NCBI GenBank assembly: GCA_035534995.1
Contig: DATLQX010000150.1
Location: forward strand, 9,459-73,458
Length of the DNA: 64,000 nucleotides
Reading direction: 5' to 3'
DNA from: Chloroflexota bacterium
GTDB lineage: Bacteria > Chloroflexota > UBA5177 > JANWHV01
Shown: one piece after another, positions 52,769 to 62,620 of the stretch
How the letters are laid out: each line of letters begins with the position of its first letter
How positions within the stretch are numbered: the first letter of the stretch is position 1
Position numbers and translations under genes: made by a program
Notes under the pieces: model-generated
What the model saw: only the letters and a program-made list of their open reading frames with translations
Databases searched by the model: none
Told to the model about the DNA's origin: nothing

Positions 52769-53818
52769 GTGCGCCGGTTCAGCCTCTGGATCCTTCTGCT
52801 GATCATCGCGGCCGCCCTGGGTGGCTCGTTTGCCTACGCCGCGCGTCCCTGGTACGACGCCGGGCGGGTGATCGCGAATGACACTGGCGTGAACCCTGTT
52901 GACGTCCGTGCCACCTTCACCACGACACCGACAAAGGTTAGGCCGGTGAGTCTCCCCCAACCAACCGCCACGCCGACCTTGCCGCCGATTGTAAGCCCCT
53001 CAGGGCGCGTCAACTTTTTGCTTCTCGGCAGTGACAACGACGCCAAGAATGCCCCAGGCGTGGACCCGAATACGCAGGTGATTATCTTTGTCTCATACGA
53101 CACGGTCAAGAAACAGGTCTATTCGATAACCATTCCCCGCGACTTATATGTGCCGATTCCGGGCTTTTTACCGGATAAGATTGACACCGCGCCTGGGTAT
53201 TCCAGTCGCCAGTTGGTGATCAAGACCGTGGAAGCGAACTTCCATGTGCATATTGATCACTACGCCTGGATCGGCCTTGTGGGCTTTATCAACGTGGTCA
53301 ATTCACTCGGTGGAGTGGACATCAACGTCATGCACCCCATGGTGGAAAACGACTTTCCCGACGATCTCAACCCTAACGGCGGCCTCTACGCCATTCGTCG
53401 CTTCTTCATCCCGGCTGGGCCGCAACATCTCGATGGCGTCACCGCGCTTCAGTACGTGCGCGCCCGCCATGCCGACCTGATCGGAGACTTCGGGCGATCA
53501 CAGCGGCAGCAGCAGGTGCTGCTCGCCCTCCGGAAGAAGCTTAAGGGCCTGGATCTTGGGCAGGTGCCCGCGCTGATCCAGGATATGGGCGATCAGTTCA
53601 AGACGGATCTCCATGTCCCCGAGATCCTTTCGCTGGCTGAAAGTACCCTGGGGATACCGTCCTCCTCGATTCATCAGTACTATATGACCAATAGCAACGG
53701 ATTCACCAGCAACGGGGTCAATGAGCGAGGCGACGTAGAGATCGGGAATTGGCCCAAGATTAACGCCCTATTCAGCTGCGTGATGTCGAACGCGGCGATC
53801 AACGGTTGCCCAACCTGA
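52769..53818 (+). CDS. LytR-CpsA-Psr (LCP) family glycopolymer ligase
   Basis: An N-terminal TM anchor is followed by NFLLLGSDND, IIFVSYDTVKKQVYSITIPRDLYV, LVGFINVVNSLGGVDINV and ALQYVRARH, which are the LCP core motifs. Confidence 0.85.
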   Translation: MRRFSLWILLLIIAAALGGSFAYAARPWYDAGRVIANDTGVNPVDVRATFTTTPTKVRPVSLPQPTATPTLPPIVSPSGRVNFLLLGSDNDAKNAPGVDPNTQVIIFVSYDTVKKQVYSITIPRDLYVPIPGFLPDKIDTAPGYSSRQLVIKTVEANFHVHIDHYAWIGLVGFINVVNSLGGVDINVMHPMVENDFPDDLNPNGGLYAIRRFFIPAGPQHLDGVTALQYVRARHADLIGDFGRSQRQQQVLLALRKKLKGLDLGQVPALIQDMGDQFKTDLHVPEILSLAESTLGIPSSSIHQYYMTNSNGFTSNGVNERGDVEIGNWPKINALFSCVMSNAAINGCPT

Positions 53819-55008
53819 TGGGTACGGAAATTCCGCCTGGGCCAACTCACCGCGATACGCGGCCGCTCTGGAACTACATGAAGCTCGGTGCCGCGGTCCT
53901 GATCGCGGTCATTGTGGCAGTTTTGATGCTGGGCAGTACGCAGCCAAACGCGGTGCCCGCCGCCCCCGACGCCACGTCAACTCCGGAGGGTATCGTGACC
54001 CCATTGGTGGCGCCCCTCACGCCCACCGTGGCGGTCACCGCTCCCACCCCCATTCTCCCCCCGGATGCTTACGTGCCAGGGCACCTCTATTATGTTCAGG
54101 GGCGAACCATCTACTCTGTGCATCACACGGACCCGCCCGTCTTCGTGACCACTGGGACCGAGCCGGCGATCTCCCCCGACGGCAGTCACCTGGCCTTCAT
54201 TCTGTTCTCCAAGAATTATCAAGACCTCTGGCTCCTCGATCTCAAGACCCACGCGCTCACCAAGTTAGTGGATGACGCACCGCGGAACCCGATTAACGTG
54301 AGCACCGCCTACACCGCCGCCATGCCGGCCTGGACCGACGATGGTCAGAGAGTGGTATTCTCCTGGAGTTACCCTGGCGCTCCTCTCCAGGGCACTACCA
54401 ATTTCGATCGGCTGGGGTTTAGCATCACTCGCTGCGCGGTGACCAGTCCCTGCGCCGAAGGAAATGCAACCAAGCTGACGACGCCCGCTTTTGAAAGCGG
54501 CGGGGATTACGACGCGGCCCCTCGGCCAGGCGATCCCACCACGTTGGTCTACAGCAAGTACCAATACGAGACGGCGCGCGATAACACCAGCCGTGCCCTG
54601 GCCTTCCTGCAGGCCCTGAACCTCTCCACCGGGGCACTGACTCCCTTGACCCCGTTGCTCGACAACATTTCCCAGCCTACCTGGAGTCCGGACGGCAAGA
54701 CCCTGGTCTTCCTCAAAACCTCCGATGACCAAAAGCAGACCTCCATCTGGGAAATGGATTTCCATGCCCCGGGCGACCCCACCGACTATGCCAGGGCCCA
54801 CCTTCTAGTGGCGGGAAACCCCTTCGCCGCCGATCCCGTGTTCTCCCCGGATGGCAAGGATCTTGCGTTCTTGCAGACCTCCAGCGATGGGCGGCTGCAC
54901 CTGTACATCTCCGAGATCCACCTCGGCAAACACCCCGGCGTGGACCATATTCAGATGGTCCAGCGGGCCCATGTGGTGGATGGCGATCGTTTGGTCTGGG
55001 CCCACTAG
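53818..55008 (+). CDS. Membrane-anchored PD40/TolB-like beta-propeller protein
   Basis: A TM helix (LGAAVLIAVIVAVLML) is followed by repeated PD40 signatures: AISPDGSHLAF, PTWSPDGKTLVF and PVFSPDGKDLAF. The ATG overlaps the LCP stop (TGATG). Confidence 0.7.
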   Translation: MGTEIPPGPTHRDTRPLWNYMKLGAAVLIAVIVAVLMLGSTQPNAVPAAPDATSTPEGIVTPLVAPLTPTVAVTAPTPILPPDAYVPGHLYYVQGRTIYSVHHTDPPVFVTTGTEPAISPDGSHLAFILFSKNYQDLWLLDLKTHALTKLVDDAPRNPINVSTAYTAAMPAWTDDGQRVVFSWSYPGAPLQGTTNFDRLGFSITRCAVTSPCAEGNATKLTTPAFESGGDYDAAPRPGDPTTLVYSKYQYETARDNTSRALAFLQALNLSTGALTPLTPLLDNISQPTWSPDGKTLVFLKTSDDQKQTSIWEMDFHAPGDPTDYARAHLLVAGNPFAADPVFSPDGKDLAFLQTSSDGRLHLYISEIHLGKHPGVDHIQMVQRAHVVDGDRLVWAH

Positions 55009-55152
55009 CCAACAGCGTCTGGCCGAACGTGCCCCTTTCCCGTACCATGCGCTTGTCGCGACTAAAGCGGGGCCCAAATACCTTGGCGGTTCGGTAGGGG
55101 CGCGGGAAGCGTGGGCAAAACTGTCCTACGGTATCTCAAAGGGGTTGGGCGA

Positions 55153-55461
55153 ATGTTGGCTTTCGTGATCCTCTACACGCACCCAGAGCAGGTGCCTGAG
55201 TTTGAGCGCCGGTATCTGGATGAGTACATGCCCCTGATTCGGCGCCTCCCAGGAGTGGCCGAGGTTACGACCCAGCGCGTGGTTGGCGCTCCGAATGGGG
55301 ATCCTGTGTATATGAGAATGGAAACCTGGCGGCTGCGTCCCGGCATCACACCCGAGACAGTGCTTGCGTCGGAAGAGTGGCGAACCGCCCAGGAAGTTCT
55401 TCGGTTTGCCCGAGGGCTCTCCACCATGATGGTGGTTGAGGAGGAGACGGAGAGTGGCTGA
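55153..55461 (+). CDS. EthD family protein
   Basis: About 100 aa. MLAFVILYTHPEQVPEFERRYLDEYMPLIRRLPG matches the EthD/dimeric alpha-beta barrel family as I recall it. Confidence 0.65.
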   Translation: MLAFVILYTHPEQVPEFERRYLDEYMPLIRRLPGVAEVTTQRVVGAPNGDPVYMRMETWRLRPGITPETVLASEEWRTAQEVLRFARGLSTMMVVEEETESG

Positions 55462-56233
55462 GAAATTTCAGCATATTCTGGTTGAAGCGAGGGCCGGCTA
55501 TGCGGTCGTTCGCCTGAACCGGCCTAAAGTACTGAATGCCTTGAACGGCGCCTTGATTGGGGAGCTGGTAACCGCGCTAGAGGCCCTGGACGCGGATTCT
55601 ACCTGCCGATGCGCCGTGATCACGGGAAACGAACGGGCGTTCGCCGCCGGGGCCGACATCGGCGAGATGGCCGAGGCGGAGGCGATTCCCTTCCTCCTGA
55701 ACGATCGATTCGCCCAATGGGATCGCTTCCGCAACATTCACATGCCTCTCATCGCGGCGGTGAGCGGTTTCGCGCTCGGCGGCGGTTGCGAGCTTGCCAT
55801 GAACTGCGACCTGATCATCGCCTCCGAGACTGCCCAGTTTGGTCAGCCAGAAATCAACCTGGGAATCATGCCGGGAGCCGGCGGTACGCAGCGCCTGACC
55901 CACGCGGTTGGCAAGGTGCGGGCGATGGAAATGATCCTCACCGGGGCGCCGATCACGGCCCAGGAGGCGTTACGGGCCGGGCTGATCAATCGCGTGGTTC
56001 CGGTGGAACTCTATCTGCGGGAGGCCGAGGCGCTGGCCGCTCGGATCGCCGCCCAGGCACCAGTAGCAGTTCGCCTGGCCAAGGAAGCAGTGCTCAAGGC
56101 CCTGGATGCCTCGATCGCTGACGGGGTTGACTTCGAGCGGAAGAATTTCTTTCTGCTCTTTGCCGGCGCGGATCAAAAGGAAGGCATGCGCGCCTTCCTG
56201 GATAAACGGCAACCCCACTTCGAGGGGAGGTAG
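55454..56233 (+). CDS. Enoyl-CoA hydratase (crotonase family)
   Basis: NRPKVLNALN, ITGNERAFAAGADI, ALGGGCELAMNCDLIIASETAQFGQPEINLGIMPGAGGTQRL and EGMRAFLDKRQPHFEG are present. The start is uncertain (GTG 55454 or TTG 55436). Confidence 0.9.
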   Translation: MAEKFQHILVEARAGYAVVRLNRPKVLNALNGALIGELVTALEALDADSTCRCAVITGNERAFAAGADIGEMAEAEAIPFLLNDRFAQWDRFRNIHMPLIAAVSGFALGGGCELAMNCDLIIASETAQFGQPEINLGIMPGAGGTQRLTHAVGKVRAMEMILTGAPITAQEALRAGLINRVVPVELYLREAEALAARIAAQAPVAVRLAKEAVLKALDASIADGVDFERKNFFLLFAGADQKEGMRAFLDKRQPHFEGR

Positions 56234-56260
56234 GGCTGGGAACTCCCCACCCGCACGCAC

Positions 56261-57049
56261 ATGGATGAAAATCAGCCTGTCTTACTGACCGAACAGGTAG
56301 GCGCGGTCTTGACCCTCACCCTCAATCGGCCCACGCGCTTCAACGCCCTTGACGACGAACTGAAGGATCGCCTCCTGGCTGCCCTGCTGGCCGCTTCTCG
56401 CGATTCCGGCGTGCGGTGCGTGGTGCTCACCGGAGCCGGGAAAGCATTTTGCGCCGGTCAGGATCTGAACCTCGATGGCGACCTTCGTCCGGAGCAGGTG
56501 GGCGACACAGTGCGGCGGAGCTACAACAAGATCGCCCGGCTCCTCCATGGTATGGAGAAACCGATCATCGCCGCCGTGAACGGAGTCGCCGCCGGCGCCG
56601 GCATGAGCCTGGCCCTGGCTTGCGACCTGCGGGTATTGGCAGAGCACTCCAGCCTCCGCCTGGCCTTCTCCAACATCGGCCTGATTCCGGATTGCGGCGC
56701 CACTTACAGCCTCTCCCACCTGCTTCCTCGCGGCCTCGGCCTGGAGATTGCCTACACCGGGCGGGCCATCGAGGCGCCGGAGGCGCTCCGCCTGGGTCTT
56801 GCGAACCGAGTGGTAGCGGATGCCGATTTGTTCACGGAAACTGCCACCCTGGCCGCCAGCCTGGCGGCGCGTCCCACCCGCGCCCTGGGGCTAACCAAGC
56901 GCGCTTTCAATCGGGCGACGACCGGCACCCTGGAGGACGCGCTCGAATACGAGGCGTATACGCAAGAAATCGCCGCCGGTACGGCGGATTTTCAAGAGGG
57001 CATTGCCGCTTTTCGCGAGAAGCGGCAGCCCCGATTCGAGGGCAGGTAA
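56261..57049 (+). CDS. Enoyl-CoA hydratase/isomerase family protein (PaaG-like)
   Basis: LTLNRPTRFNAL, LTGAGKAFCAGQDL, AAGAGMSLALACDLRV and EGIAAFREKRQPRFEG are present. Confidence 0.9.
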   Translation: MDENQPVLLTEQVGAVLTLTLNRPTRFNALDDELKDRLLAALLAASRDSGVRCVVLTGAGKAFCAGQDLNLDGDLRPEQVGDTVRRSYNKIARLLHGMEKPIIAAVNGVAAGAGMSLALACDLRVLAEHSSLRLAFSNIGLIPDCGATYSLSHLLPRGLGLEIAYTGRAIEAPEALRLGLANRVVADADLFTETATLAASLAARPTRALGLTKRAFNRATTGTLEDALEYEAYTQEIAAGTADFQEGIAAFREKRQPRFEGR

Positions 57050-57898
57050 ATGGCAGTCCTTGGCATCGCGGGCGCCCGTGGAGTTGGCGCGTCCCTGGCG
57101 CAACTTGCCCTTCAGCGCGGACATCGGGTCATCCTTTTCGACCAAAACCTTCAGCACCTTCAGGAGGCACACGGCCGGATTGCTCGTGTCCTCCAAGCCC
57201 CTCCGACCGACGCGGAGACTCCCGCGCGCGACTCCGGCTCGCTGCAAGGACTGGAGACCGTGACCGAGATTGCCGGCCTTGCCCAGGCCGAGATCATCAT
57301 CGAAACCGTGGTGGACTCGCGGGAGAGCAAGCGGGCCGTACTGTCCCGGCTGGACGCGGTTCTCGGCGAAGCCACGGTGGTAGTGACTACCACCGGTACC
57401 CTGAGTGTCACCAACCTGGCCGCCATGCTACGTCATCCGGAACGGGTGATCGGGATTCACTTCTCGCGCCCAGTCGCGAACACGGCCATCGCGGAAGTAG
57501 TGAGCGGCTTGAGAACCAGTGAGGATACGATCAGCCAGGCTCTGGCCCTCACGCGATCGCTGGACAAGTCACCGATCCAGGTGAGGAACCGGCCCGGTTT
57601 CGTGATCAACCGCCTGACCAATCTCTTCCGTCTAGAGGCCGTGCGACTCCTCGAGGAAGGGGTTGCCGATCCTACCACCGTGGACGCGCTGCTGGCCGCC
57701 CTGGGTTTCCCTTCCGGCCCGCTGGCCCGCATGGACGCGCTGGGGGTGGATGCCTGCCTCGCCATGAGCCGGGCCCTCTACGAGGGCAACCTGGGTGAAC
57801 CCCGGTACCAGCCGTCACTCCTCCAGGCCGAAATGGTTGATGCCGGATTGAATGGTCGGAAGGCCGGAAAGGGGTTTCATGAGTACCCCACGCGCTAG
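57050..57898 (+). CDS. 3-hydroxyacyl-CoA dehydrogenase
   Basis: A divergent Rossmann motif GIAGARGVGASLA, the catalytic His region VIGIHFSRPVANTAIAEVV, and NRPGFVINR are present. The ATG lies immediately after the upstream TAA. Confidence 0.85.
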   Translation: MAVLGIAGARGVGASLAQLALQRGHRVILFDQNLQHLQEAHGRIARVLQAPPTDAETPARDSGSLQGLETVTEIAGLAQAEIIIETVVDSRESKRAVLSRLDAVLGEATVVVTTTGTLSVTNLAAMLRHPERVIGIHFSRPVANTAIAEVVSGLRTSEDTISQALALTRSLDKSPIQVRNRPGFVINRLTNLFRLEAVRLLEEGVADPTTVDALLAALGFPSGPLARMDALGVDACLAMSRALYEGNLGEPRYQPSLLQAEMVDAGLNGRKAGKGFHEYPTR

Positions 57899-58721
57899 GC
57901 CCCGTCAAACGCCCTTCCGCGTCCTGGATAGCAAGCCGGGCGCTCTCGTTGCCGGCACCAAGGCCGAGATCGAGGCGTTCGCGCCTTTTTTGCGGAAGGC
58001 CGGAGTCGAAGTAATCGGGTTCCCCATCGATCCGCTCCGCTTCGACTTTGAGGTGGAAGCCCTGGAGGGCAACCTCACTGCCTTGGCGGGGGGGGCAAAC
58101 CTGGCCTTGATGTTGGCCGATGTGGTTGGCGATGACCGCTTACCCTTGATTAACTGCATTGATGAGGCGCTCCCCTCGTCCAGTCCGCTGCTGGTTTCTT
58201 GCCTGCAGGCCGGGGCGCAGGAGCAGGCGGCAATCTGCGAACATCCCGAGCGGGTAGTTGGTATCGGTCCGCTGGGCGTGTTGAGCGGAAAGCTGGTAAT
58301 CGAGCTAGCGTCTGCCCTCACCACCAGCCAGGTCGTGGCGGATCGCGCGCGGGCCTTCCTGGCGAGCGGTGGCTTGCAGGTCTATCAAGTCAACGACAGT
58401 CCCGGGCTGGTGCTGGCCCGCGCCCTGCTGCCCGTGGTCAACGAGGCGGCGTTCGCCTTGACCGAGCGCGTGGCAACCGCCGAGGACATTGATACCGCTA
58501 TGACCCTGGGCGCGGGTTTTCCCTTCGGACCGCTGAGCTGGGCGGATGAGATTGGGGTTGATCGGGTATTGCTCGGCCTCGAATACCTGGTCCAGGCAAC
58601 CTATGCCGAGCGCTACCGGCCGGCCCCGCTCCTCCGCCGCATGGCCCAGGCTGGCTGGATCGGGAGGGCATCTGGACGTGGGTTCTTCACCTACGACGCG
58701 GGCGCCAGGGGATCGCGCTGA
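57879..58721 (+). CDS. 3-hydroxyacyl-CoA dehydrogenase-like paralogue, probably catalytically inactive
   Basis: The C-terminal HADH domain is conserved: DSPGLVLARALLPVVNEAAFAL, EDIDTAMTLGAGFPFGPLSWADEIGVD and [12 protein letters not shown]. The N-terminus has no GxGxxG, and the catalytic-His position reads VVGIGPLG instead of IGxHFxxP. Confidence 0.7.
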   Translation: MSTPRARPRQTPFRVLDSKPGALVAGTKAEIEAFAPFLRKAGVEVIGFPIDPLRFDFEVEALEGNLTALAGGANLALMLADVVGDDRLPLINCIDEALPSSSPLLVSCLQAGAQEQAAICEHPERVVGIGPLGVLSGKLVIELASALTTSQVVADRARAFLASGGLQVYQVNDSPGLVLARALLPVVNEAAFALTERVATAEDIDTAMTLGAGFPFGPLSWADEIGVDRVLLGLEYLVQATYAERYRPAPLLRRMAQAGWIGRASGRGFFTYDAGARGSR

Positions 58722-59326
58722 GCCGCGGTCGCCAACAGGCGCTCGTACTCTACGTAATCCACGATCCCCACAATCCCATATCCCTGAGCGAGCCAGGTTG
58801 GGACCGCCACGACGCCCTGGGCATGAGCATCGCTCCGTGACTGGGCTACGCGCTCCCTGTACGTTTCGGCACGCAACGCTGCCTCCAAATCCTTGTTCAG
58901 CCCGGTCTCCTTGGCCACATCGAGTACCGTCGCGAGGTCACCAATGTCCCGCTGGTCGCGATAAAACGCATCGAACAGCGCCCCGTGCATGCGATCCACG
59001 GCGCCGAGTTCCCCGGTGCTTTGGCGCGCGTGTTCAACCGCGCATAGGGCAAGGTTGCTATTGAGCAGCCGCTCACGGATGTGTAAGGTCAAAGCGTAGT
59101 GTTCGGCCAGCCGGAGGGCCCACGCCGCCTCGCCGCGCCGGACGAAAGCCGGATTTTGCGGCATGGCCCCCTTCGGTGGCAAATAGTCGATCACCTCGAA
59201 GGGCCGCCAGGTCACGGTTATGGGGCGCGACGTTGCCAGCCGCGCCACGATGGCGCGGGCGATATAGCAAAAGGGACTGGCAAAGTCGTAATAGACGGTA
59301 AGTTCCAGGGGCCGAATATCGCTCAT
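58691..59326 (-). CDS. DsbA/FrnE-like thioredoxin-fold protein (2-hydroxychromene-2-carboxylate isomerase family-like)
   Basis: [11 protein letters not shown] is an SPFC active-site variant, and the C-terminal VVAVPTW cis-Pro loop is present. The start forms an ATGA overlap with the lipA stop. Confidence 0.7.
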   Translation of the reverse strand: MSDIRPLELTVYYDFASPFCYIARAIVARLATSRPITVTWRPFEVIDYLPPKGAMPQNPAFVRRGEAAWALRLAEHYALTLHIRERLLNSNLALCAVEHARQSTGELGAVDRMHGALFDAFYRDQRDIGDLATVLDVAKETGLNKDLEAALRAETYRERVAQSRSDAHAQGVVAVPTWLAQGYGIVGIVDYVEYERLLATAAQRDPLAPAS

Positions 59327-60270
59327 GCCTCGCTCGGAAGGAGTGCCGCATGCTCGTGCGCGTGGTAGGAGCTACGAACCAATGGCCCGGATTCCACATG
59401 GGTAAAGCCAATGCTCATCCCGAACTCGCGCCATTGCCGGAACTCATCGGGAGTGACGAACCGATCGACTGCCAGATGCTTCATACTCGGCCTGAGATAC
59501 TGACCAATGGTGATAATGTCCACCCGCGACTCCCGCAAATCACGCAGCGCGTCCTCGATCTCACTCGCATGCTCCCCCAGGCCAAGCATGATCCCGGATT
59601 TGGTGAGCTTCTTCGGCGCCAACTCCTTGGCGCGGCACAGCACCTGAAGCGACCGCCGGTATTGCGCCCGCCGGCGCACCCGCTTGGTAAGCCGCTCCAC
59701 GGTTTCCAGATTATGGTTCAGGATGTCGGGACCGGCCGCCAGGACGTTTCCCAGTGACTCCTCTACCCCCTCGAAGTCCGGGATCAACACCTCGATGGTG
59801 CAACCGGGATTGGCCGATCGCACTTTCCGGATCGTGGCGGCGAATACCGCCGACCCGCCATCCGCCAGGTCGTCCCGGTTCACGGAAGTAATCACGACGT
59901 GCCGGAGGCCCATCTTCTGGACCGCCACAGCTACTCGTCCCGGTTCGTGGAGGTCCAATCCTACCGGTTTTCCGCTGGTCACGGCACAAAAGCCGCAGGC
60001 GCGCGTACAGACATCCCCCAGGATCATAAAGGTAGCGGTTCGATGTTCCCAGCACTCACCAATGTTCGGACAGCGAGCCTCCTCGCAGACCGTGTGCAAT
60101 GCATGCTCCCGCATGATCGTCTTCAGTTCGGTATAATTTGATCCGCCGGGAACCCGTACCTTGAGCCATTCCGGCCGGCGAACCGGGGTGATTGGGGTCG
60201 CGCTGTCTATCACGAATTCATCCTCTTCCGATTGCAAACCTACACCGGTCAGCATAGCAAGGGCTGGCAA
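59323..60270 (-). CDS. lipA: Lipoyl synthase
   Basis: [13 protein letters not shown] is the auxiliary cluster motif and [10 protein letters not shown] is the radical-SAM CxxxCxxC motif. GIMLGLGE and RSSYHA are also present. Confidence 0.95.
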   Translation of the reverse strand: MPALAMLTGVGLQSEEDEFVIDSATPITPVRRPEWLKVRVPGGSNYTELKTIMREHALHTVCEEARCPNIGECWEHRTATFMILGDVCTRACGFCAVTSGKPVGLDLHEPGRVAVAVQKMGLRHVVITSVNRDDLADGGSAVFAATIRKVRSANPGCTIEVLIPDFEGVEESLGNVLAAGPDILNHNLETVERLTKRVRRRAQYRRSLQVLCRAKELAPKKLTKSGIMLGLGEHASEIEDALRDLRESRVDIITIGQYLRPSMKHLAVDRFVTPDEFRQWREFGMSIGFTHVESGPLVRSSYHAHEHAALLPSEA

Positions 60271-60310
60271 TGCCGCCTATCTGAAGTATCAGCGGGCACG
60301 GAGACCCAGT

Positions 60311-60345
60311 CCTGGGAGCGCGAGCATCTTGTTCGCACTCCCAGG
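60311..60345 (-). terminator. Hairpin between proline dehydrogenase and lipA (candidate terminator/attenuator); also copy B of the 29-nt repeat
   Basis: CCTGGGAGCGCGA (60311-60323) pairs with TCGCACTCCCAGG (60333-60345) at 12 of 13 positions, with a 9-nt loop. It lies 37 nt downstream of the proline dehydrogenase stop and 41 nt upstream of the lipA start. Confidence 0.4.
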
Positions 60346-60381
60346 GCGGGACCGCTCGCCACGGAAGCGCTGTGCGCCCGA

Positions 60382-61320
60382 TCATGATGGCGGCCGGCGC
60401 TCGCGGATCAGATTCCCTACCAGGAACCAAAGATTTGCCGGGCGCTCGGCCAGTCTCCGGGTGAGGTAGGGGTACCATTGCGCGCCGTATGGCAAGTAGA
60501 TCCGCACGCGGTAGCCGGCGCGCGCAAGCTGTTCTTGCAGATCCCGCCGCACCCCATACAACATCTGAAACTCGAATCGATCGACCCCGATACCGTGCAC
60601 TCGCGCGAAGTCCCGCGCGTGGTCGATAATCGCCGGATCATGGGTGGCGATCGCCGGCTGAGCGTCCTGGCGCAAGAGGTATTCCATCAGTCGCACGAAA
60701 TTGCGGTCAGTGTCACGCTTCCTGCGATAGGCGATATGCGGCGGCTCGCTATAGGCGCCCTTGCACAGGCGGACCTGCCCACCTAACCGAGTTATCGCCT
60801 CCAGATCCGCGCGTGTGCGGTAGAGAGATGCCTGCAGGACGATCCCCACGTTGTCGAACCTCGGTCGCAGTTCGCTAAATACCTCAATGATCGCCGAGGT
60901 ATAGCTCGAACTCTCCATGTCCAGGCGCACGAACGCTCTTAGGGCTCGGGCATGCTCCAACAGGCGCACCGCGTTGCTTACCGCGACGTGCCTGCCCACA
61001 TCCAGACCGAGTTGCGTGGGCTTGACTGAAATATAAGGGTCAAGTCCGCGGGAAGAGATCGCATCGAGGACGCGCAAAGCCTCGTCCGTGGCGGCGTCCG
61101 CCTCCGCCGCGGAGGCCGTGTTTTCTCCCAGATAGGCCATGGCGACCGTGAATCCGCCGTCGCCAAGCGATTGCGCCACCGCCAAAGCCTCGTCCAGGGC
61201 TTCTCCCGCCACGAAGCGCCGCACCAATCCTCGGGTAATCGGTGAGGCGGTGGCAGTGGCGGCCACCGCCGGTTGATTGGCGGCGGCCAGAATCAAGCGG
61301 CTGAACAGACTACCGGCCAT
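60382..61320 (-). CDS. Proline dehydrogenase (monofunctional PutA-like)
   Basis: FVAGEALDEAL, AMAYLGENT, the ISVKPTQLGL region, VRLCKGAY and IATHD are proline dehydrogenase family landmarks. Confidence 0.85.
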   Translation of the reverse strand: MAGSLFSRLILAAANQPAVAATATASPITRGLVRRFVAGEALDEALAVAQSLGDGGFTVAMAYLGENTASAAEADAATDEALRVLDAISSRGLDPYISVKPTQLGLDVGRHVAVSNAVRLLEHARALRAFVRLDMESSSYTSAIIEVFSELRPRFDNVGIVLQASLYRTRADLEAITRLGGQVRLCKGAYSEPPHIAYRRKRDTDRNFVRLMEYLLRQDAQPAIATHDPAIIDHARDFARVHGIGVDRFEFQMLYGVRRDLQEQLARAGYRVRIYLPYGAQWYPYLTRRLAERPANLWFLVGNLIRERRPPS

Positions 61321-62617
61321 TCCCCACTCTCCCCTGGCGTAGTCGCTTTTCAGCCCGATAGGCGCGGTCCAGAAGATCCACCGGATGCGCCACGGTCATG
61401 GGCAACCCGCGAGCGCGGATTCCGGCCCCGATCTGGATCGCGCAACCAGGATTGGCCACCGCGAGAATCGTGGCGCCCGTCGCCTGCACGGCGTCCATCT
61501 TCCGTTCGAGCAATTCTCGGCTCAACGCTGGCTGGGTCAGATTGTAGATGCCGGCACTACCGCAGCAGACATCGCTGCCCGCCAGTTCCACCAACTCCAG
61601 GCCCGGAATCGCCTGGAGCACCGCCCTCGGCTGTTCTCGGATTTGCTGGGCATGGACCAGGTGGCAGGCATCCTGGTACGTCACGCGTCGTTCCAGGGCC
61701 GCCCCGGGAGCCCGCAAGGGTAAGCTCGCCAGCAGTTCGTTGATATCGCGCACCCGCTGGGAAAAATCCATGGCCCGTACGGCGTACATCGGGTCGTCCG
61801 CCAAGAGATGCCCGTATTCCTTGAGAGTTGATCCACAGCCGGCGGCATTGATCACGATCAGATCCGGTTTGAGACCCAGTATGGCATCGATCATCAGCCG
61901 CGCCAATCCCTGAGCCATGGCACGGTCGCCCGCGTGCACATGCAGGGCGCCGCAACACAGGGGGGCTGGAGGGGCCACGACGGTGCAGCCATTCTCCACC
62001 AATACCCGCGCGGTCGCCTCGTTGGTCCGGGCGAAAAACTGCTGCATCACGCAGCCGCGGATCAGAGCGATCCGCGGCCCCGTTTTCCCGCGTGGCTGGT
62101 ATTCGGTAGCCCGCCTCCCCTGCCACACCGGTCCCTGGGCTTGGGGCAGTAAGGCTTCCATGGCGGCCAGTCGGCCCGGCAGGCCCACCCTCCGCACCAG
62201 GGATTGCGCCCCGGAGCGCTGATACGCCCGCACGGAGGCGCCAAGCAGGTCCAGCAGGCGCGGGCGGGGAAACAACCCCCGCAACACCAGCGCGCTCACC
62301 ACCGACCCTCCGCGGCCGGCAGGCGGCAGCGAGGCGCGGGCTCCCTCGATCATCCTCCCGTAGGGGACGCCAGACGGACACGCGGTCTCGCAGGCCCGGC
62401 AAGCTAGGCAGAGCGAAAGGTGCTCCCGCAGGGCAGGCTCATCAAGCGAGATCTCGCCCCGCTTGGCCGCCTGCATCTGCATGATCCGCCCGCGCGGCGA
62501 GTCCATTTCCACCCCCAGCACCTGATAGGTGGGACAGGTGGGCAGGCAGAAGCCGCAATGGACACAGGTGCGCAAATCGCGCATCTTGACGAACGGTAGC
62601 GCGTCAACAGCCATCAC
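61310..62617 (-). CDS. glcF: Glycolate oxidase iron-sulfur subunit GlcF-like ((Fe-S)-binding, CCG-domain protein)
   Basis: Two ferredoxin-type motifs, CVHCGFCLPTCPTY and CLACRACETACPSGV, are followed by two CCG-type Cys-rich repeats (CCGAL..., CCGSAG). Confidence 0.85.
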   Translation of the reverse strand: MMAVDALPFVKMRDLRTCVHCGFCLPTCPTYQVLGVEMDSPRGRIMQMQAAKRGEISLDEPALREHLSLCLACRACETACPSGVPYGRMIEGARASLPPAGRGGSVVSALVLRGLFPRPRLLDLLGASVRAYQRSGAQSLVRRVGLPGRLAAMEALLPQAQGPVWQGRRATEYQPRGKTGPRIALIRGCVMQQFFARTNEATARVLVENGCTVVAPPAPLCCGALHVHAGDRAMAQGLARLMIDAILGLKPDLIVINAAGCGSTLKEYGHLLADDPMYAVRAMDFSQRVRDINELLASLPLRAPGAALERRVTYQDACHLVHAQQIREQPRAVLQAIPGLELVELAGSDVCCGSAGIYNLTQPALSRELLERKMDAVQATGATILAVANPGCAIQIGAGIRARGLPMTVAHPVDLLDRAYRAEKRLRQGRVGNGR

Positions 62618-62620
62618 GAC

